Positions 17,797 through 28,000 of a stretch of DNA of 64,000 nucleotides are shown here, piece after piece (the first letter of the stretch is position 1; the number at the start of each line of letters is the position of its first letter). Made by a program: the position numbers and the translations under genes. The DNA is from Candidatus Gottesmanbacteria bacterium (GTDB taxonomy: Bacteria; Patescibacteriota; Microgenomatia; UBA10105; UBA927), in assembly GCA_023245355.1 (NCBI GenBank), contig JAHFKN010000001.1:203528-267527 (forward strand), in the 5' to 3' direction. Below the pieces are notes generated by a model. It searched no databases. It was given only the letters and a program-made list of their open reading frames with translations, and had not been told where the DNA came from.

Positions 17797-18087
17797 ATGG
17801 AAAGCAGACCTAAATTTACAACGGCTAATGTTACATTGACCAACGCCGATACTTGGTATCCCCTGCCGGACATTGCAGTCGGTGAAGGATGTGAAGTGGT
17901 CATTAAATCCAAAGCTGGGAATACCGGAGCGATTAAGGTTGCCCATGACGATACTGCCAGTAAAACATCACCGTTTTTACTGGATAACTCTGGTGATAGC
18001 GTGAGCTTGAGAGTTAAAGGTACAACTCAAATCGTCCTGGCTTCTAGTGTTGCTGGACAAATTGTGGAGGTTATTGCTGAACAATAA
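17797..18087 (+). CDS. Small beta-rich virion protein
   Basis: Position and beta-strand-like composition. Confidence 0.55.
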   Translation: MESRPKFTTANVTLTNADTWYPLPDIAVGEGCEVVIKSKAGNTGAIKVAHDDTASKTSPFLLDNSGDSVSLRVKGTTQIVLASSVAGQIVEVIAEQ

Positions 18088-18089
18088 AT

Positions 18090-18677
18090 ATGGCCAAATT
18101 TAAACCATCATTAGTAAACATACGAAGAATGTTCTCGAAGATGAAAATCATCGTCAATACCGATGACGGTGAGGAAGACTATGACACAACCTTGTACCCG
18201 AATGGTTTCACCGCTAACCAAATCTCAATTGGTAATGACAATACCGGCAGTAATGATGCAGGGCTTAGGTTCTTAAGACCACTTCTACCCAACAACGTCA
18301 AAATCACCAAAGCGATTCTGCGAGTGAAGTCGGCTGTCAATTCCACTAAACGGCCAATTTTTGTGATCAAAGGTATCAAACAAACCAGCACGTTGAGCTT
18401 TGATTCCACCCATCGACCATCTCAGCAACCCAAAACGACTGCTACCGTGGCTTGGGTCCCCGGAGCCGATTGGGTTATTAATACCTGGTATGAAAGCCCG
18501 GATATTAAATCGGTTATCCAAGAAATTATTGATCAAACGGAATTCACCAATAAAGCAATTGGCTTGACGATTGAAGACAATGCTAGTCCAGCCAATAACT
18601 ACGAAAACATCTGGGACTTTAACAGTGGAGCTGCCAACGCGGCTCAGCTGGTATTAACACTAGAACCAGATTTGTAA
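18090..18677 (+). CDS. Virion/surface protein, one copy of a DNRLRE-like beta domain
   Basis: DDGEEDYDTT...DAGLRF...ITKAILR...WYESPDIKSVIQEII; paralogous to two domains of 18956..20611. Confidence 0.55.
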   Translation: MAKFKPSLVNIRRMFSKMKIIVNTDDGEEDYDTTLYPNGFTANQISIGNDNTGSNDAGLRFLRPLLPNNVKITKAILRVKSAVNSTKRPIFVIKGIKQTSTLSFDSTHRPSQQPKTTATVAWVPGADWVINTWYESPDIKSVIQEIIDQTEFTNKAIGLTIEDNASPANNYENIWDFNSGAANAAQLVLTLEPDL

Positions 18678-18690
18678 GGAGGTGAAAACG

Positions 18691-19005
18691 ATGCAAACAA
18701 ACGATGCAACACTATTACAAACAATTTTAGAAGCCATAGCTGCCAGTCCTGACAAAGTGATAGTTGAAAGAACAGTCGATGAAATGGGGGTATTACTGAA
18801 AGTCAAAGTCGATGAAAAAGATGCCGGAGCGGTGATTGGTAAAGAAGGTGCCACTATAGCGGCGATCCGAAAATTGATGGGCGTTTTCGGAAGGAAAAAT
18901 AATGCTCGGATAAACATCAAGTTAGATGTTCCGCCCAGAAAGAAATTAAAAACGTATGAAAAACCAAGTATTGAAGATCAAAACCACGATACAGGAAAAC
19001 TCTGA
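18691..19005 (+). CDS. khpA: KH-domain RNA-binding protein, KhpA family
   Basis: DEMGVLLKVKVDEKDAGAVIGKEGATIAAIRKL with intact GxxG loop; AGGAGGTGA SD. Confidence 0.85.
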   Translation: MQTNDATLLQTILEAIAASPDKVIVERTVDEMGVLLKVKVDEKDAGAVIGKEGATIAAIRKLMGVFGRKNNARINIKLDVPPRKKLKTYEKPSIEDQNHDTGKL

Positions 19006-20611
19006 TGATGGCAGAGAGGTGGGCGCTTCGATTTGGTACGCAGATGGTAATGCTGGAAAGGTAATCACCTTCGGCAATTTTGGTGATTCGATCCAGGTAG
19101 CAGCCTTCCGTTTTCGTGGGGTTAATATTCCCAAGTTTGCCAAAGTTTTATTTGCCAGACTCAGACTAAAAACGGCTTCAACTGACGATACTGACTTTCC
19201 GGTGTTATTGAAAATCAGGGGAATCAAAGAAGCTGACCCTCAACCATTCAAACAAACAACCAGACCGTCCACCCGAACAGCGACGAGCAATGGCATCGAC
19301 TGGGATATTATAAAAAAGTGGAACGCCAATGAATGGGTTCAAACTCCTAATTTGAAACTAATCATTGACGAATTGGTCCAACAAAGTGACTGGAAACCTG
19401 GCAACGCCATGGCATTTACTATTGGAGATGATGGAAGCATCGCCGGGAATGCCAAAACTTGTTGGGATTCGAGTAAGGGTAAAAGCTATGAAGCCGAACT
19501 TGAAGTGTATTACATTACCCCAGGTCTTCATGAAGAAATATCAATTATCAGTTTATCCGGTAACGACCGTGATGGCGAAGAAGATTACGATACTACCTGG
19601 TTTCCCAGTGGCTATGCCAGTAATCGGATCAGCATTGGTAATGACAGCACCGGAAATTGTGATGCTGGACTAATATTTAGTCCCGTCAACATTCCTAAAG
19701 GCGCTGAAATTCTTTCGGCAAGACTCCTTCTCACTAGCGAAGCGCAATGGAATGCCATGCTGAATCTTTTGATAAAAGGATTTGCTGAAGATAATGCGCC
19801 AGTATTTGCATCTAATGGTTCTAACCGCCCCTCAACTCGGACTAAGACAGCTACCCAAGTTCAATGGACCCTGGGATTTGGCCAAGCTGGTGTTTTAGTG
19901 GGTGAACATTGGGCCGCTCAAAGTGTCTACGAATCACCCGAGTTAAAAGAAATCATTCAGGAAATTCTTGATCGACCAGGTTGGGTAAAAAATAGATTGG
20001 GGATGGTCATTGAAGATTATGACTCCCAAGCCGGTGCAGTTAAGAACATTTTTGACTCCAATCAAGATAGTGGTAAATACGGCGCGAAATTGGTCATTGC
20101 CTGGACTTGTGAGCGACGAGTCACAACCAGAGGCAAAGACACTAAAGCTTACGATAAAGCGAACTATCCGGAATATATTATCGTTCACCACTCCGCAACT
20201 CCCAGGGATAATACCCATTTTGCCACCATCAAAAAGTCTCACATTAGCTATGGTTGGGACGACATTGGCTACCACAAATGGATTGCGGGCGGCCTTGATG
20301 GTCTGGGGACTCTAATAGCCGGTAGACAAGAAAACAAAATCGGCTCACATAACGACAGTAACAAAATGAACTATCGCTCGATTGGTATTTGTGTTTGCGG
20401 AAGCTTCCACTCTACCGGCGGTAACGAACAACCCTCAACCGAACAGTTAGCCACTTTACAAGCACTTCTTGACGATATCCGGATGAAGCGAGGTATTCCC
20501 AAAGAGCGGGTCATAGGACATGGTGAGACGCCAGAATCGACCACTGATTGCCCTGGTGATCATTTACTCTCGTATATCAAAAATTATCGAAAAACAGGGT
20601 CATTGACCTAA
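18956..20611 (+). CDS. Two DNRLRE-like domains fused to N-acetylmuramoyl-L-alanine amidase (Amidase_2)
   Basis: C-terminal IIVHHSA...GWDDIGYH...GSH...SIGICVCG...IGHGE...TDCPG with Zn ligands. Confidence 0.8.
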   Translation: MKNQVLKIKTTIQENSDDGREVGASIWYADGNAGKVITFGNFGDSIQVAAFRFRGVNIPKFAKVLFARLRLKTASTDDTDFPVLLKIRGIKEADPQPFKQTTRPSTRTATSNGIDWDIIKKWNANEWVQTPNLKLIIDELVQQSDWKPGNAMAFTIGDDGSIAGNAKTCWDSSKGKSYEAELEVYYITPGLHEEISIISLSGNDRDGEEDYDTTWFPSGYASNRISIGNDSTGNCDAGLIFSPVNIPKGAEILSARLLLTSEAQWNAMLNLLIKGFAEDNAPVFASNGSNRPSTRTKTATQVQWTLGFGQAGVLVGEHWAAQSVYESPELKEIIQEILDRPGWVKNRLGMVIEDYDSQAGAVKNIFDSNQDSGKYGAKLVIAWTCERRVTTRGKDTKAYDKANYPEYIIVHHSATPRDNTHFATIKKSHISYGWDDIGYHKWIAGGLDGLGTLIAGRQENKIGSHNDSNKMNYRSIGICVCGSFHSTGGNEQPSTEQLATLQALLDDIRMKRGIPKERVIGHGETPESTTDCPGDHLLSYIKNYRKTGSLT

Positions 20612-20617
20612 AAATAT

Positions 20618-21262
20618 ATGCAATTACAAGAATTTAGACAAGATCTCGATGCCAGAATGTCCGCAGCCAAAATAAGCGGATTTTGGAAGCAACCGGATAA
20701 AGATCGATGGCTTAATAAAGGAATTGTGCGAGCTTGTAATTACGCCCGGTGGAAATTCCTCAGTAAACACGCTTCTCAACTCATTGAGAAAAATCCTGAT
20801 GGAACTTTAAAAGAAAATTACTTCCTACCGTTTGATTTCAAACCGGGTGGATTAATAACAATCAAAGTTGGGGGAACTCCCCACCACAAAGTCAGTGAAG
20901 ACGAATACACCCAACAGTCCTACTCCTACGAGCGAGTAGTGGCCATTATTGGCGATGAGTATCACCTCAATCTAAGCGAACTTACTGGTATTACCGAAGG
21001 CACAATTATCGATATTTATTACAAACGGCGTCCGGTAAGAATGGTTGAAGATGACGACGAGCCAATTACTCCTGAAGAAATGGACGAACCGGTCGTCAAG
21101 TTAGCACTTTCCGTTTGTTTAACCAAAACACCTGGAAAACAAGCTGATGCTCAAAAAGAAGTGGTGGAAGCCCATACCATCCTGCAACAAATTAAAGATA
21201 GGGAGGATGAGGAACCGACCAGTGTCTACAAAGGACAAGCTGGCAGTTCCCGATGGGAATAA
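20618..21262 (+). CDS. Probable head-tail adaptor
   Basis: RWLNKG...RWKFL, YFLPFDF, IYYKRRP..M..DDDEP pattern and position. Confidence 0.6.
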   Translation: MQLQEFRQDLDARMSAAKISGFWKQPDKDRWLNKGIVRACNYARWKFLSKHASQLIEKNPDGTLKENYFLPFDFKPGGLITIKVGGTPHHKVSEDEYTQQSYSYERVVAIIGDEYHLNLSELTGITEGTIIDIYYKRRPVRMVEDDDEPITPEEMDEPVVKLALSVCLTKTPGKQADAQKEVVEAHTILQQIKDREDEEPTSVYKGQAGSSRWE

Positions 21263-21267
21263 AAACT

Positions 21268-22728
21268 ATGGCATTAAACGCATATAAAATACAAGGCTTT
21301 CGAGGAGGGATCGCTGATGACCCCTATCAAGGAGTGCGCGAAGCATTTCGATTCGGCTATGGTCTAAACATTCGGGATGACGGCAATACCCTCAAATGTA
21401 ATCAAGCTCTCAAAGAAGATTTGGGTAGTCTAGAAGTAATAACGGATTTGATTTTATTCTACGTTCCTGCTTCCAACGGTAAACTCTACGGTTTTGGCGA
21501 CACCGGGAATATTTATTGTAAGGACACGGTTGATGCTGCTTGGGTCCTGGTTTACCACGATGCTAATGGCAAAATAACCGGAGCTGCCGAATACACCAAT
21601 AATGATGGCTCAGATAACTACATTCCTTATCTTTACTGGGCAACGGAAACCAAAGTCAGCCGGATAAAACTCTCCGGATCTTGGGCTACTGATGTTGAAC
21701 ATGATTGGGGTTCTCTTAACGGCGACCCTGCTTGGCACACAATGGCCGAAGCCTTGGGAGTGCTGCTTATTTGCGATGCTAAAGATCTGGCCATGGTTGA
21801 CTATGAAGGAGCCTTTGCTGGGGGCGCTTCTCCAGCACTAGATCTTCCTAAAGGACATCGGAATAAATGCTTACTTGGGCAAGACCAACTGGTTATTTTT
21901 GGCTCAACTAAAGGCGACAAAGTCGAAGAAGGCTGGCTCTGGACTTGGGATAAGATTCAGCCTTCATGGATCCAACGTCGAATGGTGGCTGAGCGCGGTA
22001 TCAATGCCATGATTCAAGGTGAGTATCTTCTGATCCAAGCCGGAGTTTATGGTGGCCTCTATTTTTGGGATACAGCCACTCTAATGAGAATCAAAAAGTT
22101 CCCCGGAGAAAATGGTTGGGTTAATCCGGGAGCGGTTTGCAATATGCATGGCCTCCCCATGTTTGGACTAAACGGCTCAGATAAATGCGGAGTCTATTCA
22201 TACGGACGATTAAGTAAAAACGACCCCTACGCCCTCAATCTAGAATATGTGCCTTCCCATGGCAAGTTGGCATACATCTCAATTGGCGCACTAGCCATGT
22301 ACACTGATCAGCTTTTTGTTTCCTGGAAAGACGGTGCCACTTTTGGTGTGGATACCATCGATACCACCAAAAAAGCGGAGGGTCGCTATGAAGGTTTGGT
22401 CTTTGATGCTAATGAAATCTTCACTCAAAAAGGCTTTCGTCACATAAAGCTGGTCACTAAACCACTTCCCAAAGATTCAAGTATTGAAGTGTTTTATAAG
22501 GTCAATGAAGAAGCGGAATGGCAGAAAGCTACGATGGAAGATGGATCCGAAGCATTTGATCAAGAAGGTAAAACCAAAGCGGTATTCACAATTGAAACCG
22601 GTGGCGATGAAGACGAACCGGATCGAGGCGAAGAATATGAAGTGGCGCTAAGCATTCATCCGGCCAGTAACGAAACACCCGACATCAAATCAATTATTAC
22701 CTATTTTGAACCGATGGGAATTTTATAA
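21268..22728 (+). CDS. Probable tail nozzle/tubular protein (beta-propeller-like)
   Basis: N-terminal GFRGG, beta-rich, follows the adaptor as in podoviruses. Confidence 0.55.
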   Translation: MALNAYKIQGFRGGIADDPYQGVREAFRFGYGLNIRDDGNTLKCNQALKEDLGSLEVITDLILFYVPASNGKLYGFGDTGNIYCKDTVDAAWVLVYHDANGKITGAAEYTNNDGSDNYIPYLYWATETKVSRIKLSGSWATDVEHDWGSLNGDPAWHTMAEALGVLLICDAKDLAMVDYEGAFAGGASPALDLPKGHRNKCLLGQDQLVIFGSTKGDKVEEGWLWTWDKIQPSWIQRRMVAERGINAMIQGEYLLIQAGVYGGLYFWDTATLMRIKKFPGENGWVNPGAVCNMHGLPMFGLNGSDKCGVYSYGRLSKNDPYALNLEYVPSHGKLAYISIGALAMYTDQLFVSWKDGATFGVDTIDTTKKAEGRYEGLVFDANEIFTQKGFRHIKLVTKPLPKDSSIEVFYKVNEEAEWQKATMEDGSEAFDQEGKTKAVFTIETGGDEDEPDRGEEYEVALSIHPASNETPDIKSIITYFEPMGIL

Positions 22729-22730
22729 CT

Positions 22731-24032
22731 ATGCTGACTGACTTAATACAAAAAGTGTTTGGCAATAAGGAGATCACAGATACTCCTTTTCCTGTCGTGC
22801 CGGTCCACACCCATAACAGCATTGATTCACCAGCGTTGGCCCCTGGTTCCGTCAGTACGGTCAATATTAAATCTGATGCGGTCGATGAAAGTAAACTGAT
22901 GGATTTATCGGTGACTGAGGAAAAATTGGCTGAGGCAGCTGTCGCTACTCAAAAGATCAAAGACGATGCGATTACTGCTGCTAAAGTTTGGAAAGGTGGA
23001 TCGGTTATTACCCTCTCGGCTCAAATTGCGGAAGCGATTATTCTAACTGCCCACATTCAAGACTTGGCCGTCAAATGGGCAAAAATCGGTAATTTGGAAG
23101 TTGGTAATAGCAAGATCATGGATGCAGCGATCAGTAATGCCAAAATTCAGGACTTATCAGTTACCAACGGTAAAATCGGGCTTCTTGAGGTAGGTAACTC
23201 CCGGATCATGGATGCGGCTATTAGTACCGCAAAAATCCAAGACCTAGCAGTTGAGTGGGCGCAAATTGCAACGCTTGCTGTCGGCAACTCAAAAATAATG
23301 AATGCTGCTATCAGTACGGCTAAGATCCAGAATTTGGCAGTGACTGACGCTGAAGTAAACGATTTGAATGCGGCCAAAATATCGGCGGGACTCATGATGG
23401 CTGACAGAATTTGGGGTGGGTCTGGGTATTTTGATTACATTCAGGTTCGGGAGTGTGGGACCCAAGCGGTAAATGTTGCCGGGAATATCAATAAATCCGG
23501 AACTTGTAACTTTGCGATTCCTCACCCATTCAAGCCTGGTAAGCAGTTAGTTTATACCGGAATTGAATCAGCCGAGGTAATGCTGGTCGAGCGCGGTAGT
23601 AGCCAACTTCAGAATGGTCAAAAGCAGATTGATTTCTCTGACCACTATAAAGCCGTCAGCGACCCAAGAAAAACAACGGCTTATCTTACACCTCGAGAAG
23701 ATTGTAAAGGCTTGTTGCTTCAAGAAACGACTGGAGATCACATCACGGTAAAAGAAATGGGTAACGGTAAATCAAACGCCAAATTTGACTACATTATTTT
23801 TACAGTCCGCAAGGGCTTCTATGGCGTTGATTTTGAACCGGAAGATCTCTCACTTTTCCAAAACGATGGGGAAGATGAGGAATCATTCAAACAGCGCTAT
23901 CACGACCATCGAATTAAGTTGATTCAGAAAAAAGGTGGTCTGGATGTTGATGCAAAAGTCGCTGAATTTCACCAAACATGGATCTCAACTCAAGGAAATA
24001 AAAGGGTTAATCAAAAGGAGGTGAACACGTAA
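22731..24032 (+). CDS. Tail fibre with 10-aa repeats and C-terminal chaperone/peptidase-like domain
   Basis: AKIQDLAV/SKIMDAAIS repeats; NFAIPHP...IESAEV...RG...FDYIIFTVRKG. Confidence 0.7.
   Translation: MLTDLIQKVFGNKEITDTPFPVVPVHTHNSIDSPALAPGSVSTVNIKSDAVDESKLMDLSVTEEKLAEAAVATQKIKDDAITAAKVWKGGSVITLSAQIAEAIILTAHIQDLAVKWAKIGNLEVGNSKIMDAAISNAKIQDLSVTNGKIGLLEVGNSRIMDAAISTAKIQDLAVEWAQIATLAVGNSKIMNAAISTAKIQNLAVTDAEVNDLNAAKISAGLMMADRIWGGSGYFDYIQVRECGTQAVNVAGNINKSGTCNFAIPHPFKPGKQLVYTGIESAEVMLVERGSSQLQNGQKQIDFSDHYKAVSDPRKTTAYLTPREDCKGLLLQETTGDHITVKEMGNGKSNAKFDYIIFTVRKGFYGVDFEPEDLSLFQNDGEDEESFKQRYHDHRIKLIQKKGGLDVDAKVAEFHQTWISTQGNKRVNQKEVNT
23050..23370 (+). repeat. About three degenerate 90-bp (30-aa) tandem repeats in the tail fibre
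   Basis: IQDLAVKWAKIGNLEVGNSKIMDAAISNAK / IQDLSVTNGKIGLLEVGNSRIMDAAISTAK / IQDLAVEWAQIATLAVGNSKIMNAAISTAK. Confidence 0.85.
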
Positions 24033-25096
24033 TGGCAACAAAACAATTAGGCGGGTGGTATTGGCAACCTGAGCAGAATAAAGCTCTGCGTTGGTGGGGT
24101 ACTGATTCTGCTGGCAAAGATATTTATACCGCAGGTGATGAACCAAGTAAGCCACAAACTGTATCTAATTTGAGTACAGGACTAAGTACGGTTGGATCCG
24201 GAAATGTTTTGGGGTTTGACCTCAACACTCTTAATTCTAAATTCCAAGACACCTACGGTCAGGTCCAAGGGCTGTCGACTGATCTGGAAGATTATTCAAC
24301 GCGGCGATATGACGAGGAATACAGCAAGGCAGGCTTGGGTAAAACTAAAGATGAAATTGCGGCATTAGACGCTAGTATTGCCAGTGAGAAAAACGTCCGA
24401 GATGAATCGGTTAGTAAGGTCAGAAAAAACCCTGGGTACTCTGCGGCAACCATTACCGGAGAAACCGGTGAAGTCCAAAAACTAGCCGACTCGAAAATTG
24501 GCAATTTAATTGAAGAACGAAATGCAAAAGCACAAACCTACAATGCTACCTTAGGTGAAATCACCCAAAGAGTAGCTACTGAAACTCAAGGCAAACAAAG
24601 CAAACTGAATAGCTTACGTTCTGATCTACAGCTTATAAGCGGATTAGTAGATTCCTATAACAAAACCAGATCAACCGAACTTTCCAGTCAAACCGATGAA
24701 ACACATTGGGAAAAAGAATTCGAACTAAAACTCTATAGTGCCCAAACCGATCGTATGAAAACCGGCGACGGGAGTGGTACGTATGCCAAACAACAGGTCA
24801 AGGATGCCTTTGGTAATGTGACTGGTTTCTTTGATCCAGTATCCGGACAAACAACGCCTTATCAATCAGATTCTCAAAAGAATCAGACAACAACAGTAAA
24901 TGAAGGTGAGCTTAGAAATGAAATTAGAGCAGCCTGGAAAACTGGCTTGAACGCTGACCAACTAAAGACAAATCTGGCAAACGTGACGACTGATAAAGGT
25001 AAGAACGCCTCACAAGTGATTGACGAGGAGTGGCAGTTAAAAAATCAACCAGGAATCATGGGCTTTTTACGAAGGCTCTTTACCCCTGGAGTTTAG
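24032..25096 (+). CDS. Probable internal virion/ejection protein
   Basis: Helical, Q/S/T-rich, precedes the large internal protein. Confidence 0.5.
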   Translation: MATKQLGGWYWQPEQNKALRWWGTDSAGKDIYTAGDEPSKPQTVSNLSTGLSTVGSGNVLGFDLNTLNSKFQDTYGQVQGLSTDLEDYSTRRYDEEYSKAGLGKTKDEIAALDASIASEKNVRDESVSKVRKNPGYSAATITGETGEVQKLADSKIGNLIEERNAKAQTYNATLGEITQRVATETQGKQSKLNSLRSDLQLISGLVDSYNKTRSTELSSQTDETHWEKEFELKLYSAQTDRMKTGDGSGTYAKQQVKDAFGNVTGFFDPVSGQTTPYQSDSQKNQTTTVNEGELRNEIRAAWKTGLNADQLKTNLANVTTDKGKNASQVIDEEWQLKNQPGIMGFLRRLFTPGV

Positions 25097-25098
25097 AA

Positions 25099-28000
25099 AT
25101 GATTATGGACAACTTTTTAGAACAACTAAAGAAAAACATCACCTCGTCGTTTGCCAATACCAAACAGTCAGTGGGTGATATTTTTGGTAAGGCTCAAACA
25201 AGTCTGACTAATCTGGTGCGTGGTGGTCAACAAAAAGTTGATGAGGTCATTAAACCATTGCAGTACGATATCGCAATTCCTGGCCCAACAAGTGGAAGCT
25301 ACAAACCGTTTAAGAATTTATATTTGGAGACGGCAGCCCAAGCGCTAGGAGTTGGGGCTCGGGACACTGATGTCTTGGAGAGGTTGCCTAGTGCAACTTT
25401 TGGCGCACTTAAGGGTGCCGGTAACGGACTGGGTGAAGCGTTGTCATTTGGTTGGTGGAAACCGGAAATAAAATATGCCGATGATATAGAAAAACAAGCC
25501 GGTGACATGACTGAGGTTGAGTTTAATGTTCTGGGAACTATTGGAACATTTTTGGTCGGTGGCGAGTTGGTCCAAGGAGCCTTACGAGGTGTGCCTCTTC
25601 TGGCGCGAGTAGCGACTGTCGCCCCTAGAACTTTCAATGTGTTATCGACTGGACTGACATTTGCCGGACTTACTCAAATTCAAAAGGACGAAGCACAAAA
25701 GAACGCTGCACAGCGAGCAAAAGATTTTGTGGGTGATTTTGCTCTCGGTGGAGCCTTCTCGATTGCCGGAATGAAAACATCGTTCCTGAAGTCTTCGGCG
25801 ATTATTGGTCCAGCCACTTATGTCACTTCACTCTTAAAAGGAGAGTCAAACGGTGATGCGCTTAAAGATACAACAGCCATGATGGGACTCCACTCCCTTA
25901 ATTTCGCAGTGGCTAAGTTTTTACCTAATGGATCAGAAATAGAAAACCGAATAGAAAAAGCGGCCAGTGAACAACTCAAAATAACTAAAGCAGAGGCAAT
26001 GGAATACTTGGGCATTAGCGATAAAGCGACGGCAGAGGAAATGAAACAAGCTTGGAAAAATAAGGTGGTTGACATCACCAAGCGATTCCCGGCTCAGGCC
26101 AATCAAACACCACAAGAAATGGGAGTATTTAATCAAGCTTGGAATACAGCCAATAGAGCCTATGAATTCTTAGCAAAGGTGAGTAATCCGGAAGGATATA
26201 CCGGCAAGTCTTTTGCTCAAGAGTTTCAAGATTTATATTACCAACTCTGGAAAGATGTCCCAGATAAACGCTCGGCCATTGTCAAAGCCGTTCGCAGCTT
26301 ACCGGCCGGTCTATCTGTTCGGGCGACACTAAATGATGGCCAAAGAAACGAAATTGTTACTACCCTAGGTGGTGAAGAAGCAAAGACGAGACTGGGAAAA
26401 GTGGCTGAATTAACTGATGCAGATTTAGTGTCAGTGGCCATGGAGAATAAAATCACGGTTACCCCTTCTAAAACAACAGTACCGGAAACAATACAACTTC
26501 CTGCGACAGAACAAACTGCTGAGGCTTCAGCTCAACTAAAAACTAATTTAAGTCTTCAAGAACAAAAAGCTGTTAAAGCAGCCGAGATCCGAGATAAATA
26601 TATAACACCTGAAGAAAAAGAACTGGCTGATGCCGAAAAGATTCCTAGCATCGGTGACATTTTACAATCACAAACCTTTCAAGATCGATTGCAAGGCAAA
26701 GTTACAGCACCCACTACTCCACGAGCAGATCAGTTGAGAGAACTACCTCCAGGTAAACCGCCTCGCCCGCCACAAGAAGTGTCCCTCGATGGTGCACCAC
26801 CATCGCCAGAAGGCAGTGCTTTGGATGAGATCGATAAAATGGTTGGCAAAATCTCAACGGCTAAATCAATTCTGGGGAATATTAAAAACGCTATCGAAAC
26901 ATTTCCTCGAATGTTTACTGACAGGTTTGCACCTATAAAGAATTTTGAGGATCAAATAACCAAACTCCAAGGGCAACCAATCAATATCGATTCCAGTCCA
27001 TATGTGGCAGCCAGAATGTATGCTGGCCGATTTGGAATTGTTGAGGGAAACTTCAAAGATTTATATAACATCCTACAACCGGTGCGAAAGCTTCGTGCTG
27101 ACTTTACCCGATTTGTTTTATCTGAACGTGCCATAGAGCGTGCAGAGCGAGGATTTGATAACCCTAATGGGGTTACAAAAGAAACGGCAGAACAAGCTCT
27201 GGTGGAATTGAAAGATAAAGTCGGTGATAAAGCATTCAAAGCATTCGAGCAGGTTGGCCAGGGAATTCAAAACTGGTCCATTAAATCAATACTCCAACCC
27301 ATGAAGGATGCCGGAATCTTAGGGAAAGAAGCCTTCACCTCAATTGTCGAGAACAACAAACGATGGATGCCGTTCCATGTTCTCGAGTATATGCCTTCAG
27401 TGGAGCAAGCCGACCAGATGGCAGTTGGTAGTGAAACTTTCTCGGTAAGTAAACAGGGGGTGATCAAATCTCTAGAAGGAACGGAAAAAATCATTCGTGA
27501 TCCGTTTATGTCGATTATTGATAATCTAACGAAATCGGTCAGCTTAGTGGAGCGCAATAAGGTGGCCCAAAAACTGATTGACCTGCGAAATAGCCATCCT
27601 GATGCTGCCAAAGAGTTTATAAAGTTTTTACCGGATGGTTTACGACCGCCAGCAGAGTGGGATGCAATTAGCGTCTTTATTGACGGCAAAGTGACGAAAT
27701 GGGCAGTACCCAAAGATCTCTCGGAAGCGATGCATGCTTTATCCTCAGCCGAAACAGGACTGATGGGTAAAATGATTTTAGCTTCGTCAAAAGCCTTCAA
27801 AGCCGGAACTACGTCACTCTATTTCCCGTTTACTCTTTCAAATGCCATCCGGGATTACCAAACTGCCTCAATTGTTTCTAAGTGGGGATTTAATCCAGCC
27901 AACTGGCTATCAGGATTCAAAGACGGACTAAAGGCCGCCTTTAAGTTTGACTCCAAAGCATATGACGAATTCATGACCAACAAAGGTGGTTATGGAGGAT

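Noticed and set aside
22731-24032. Diversity-generating retroelement target in the tail fibre
   Set aside because: The repeats are in-frame structural repeats. No adenine-specific TR/VR pair or reverse transcriptase is visible in the window.
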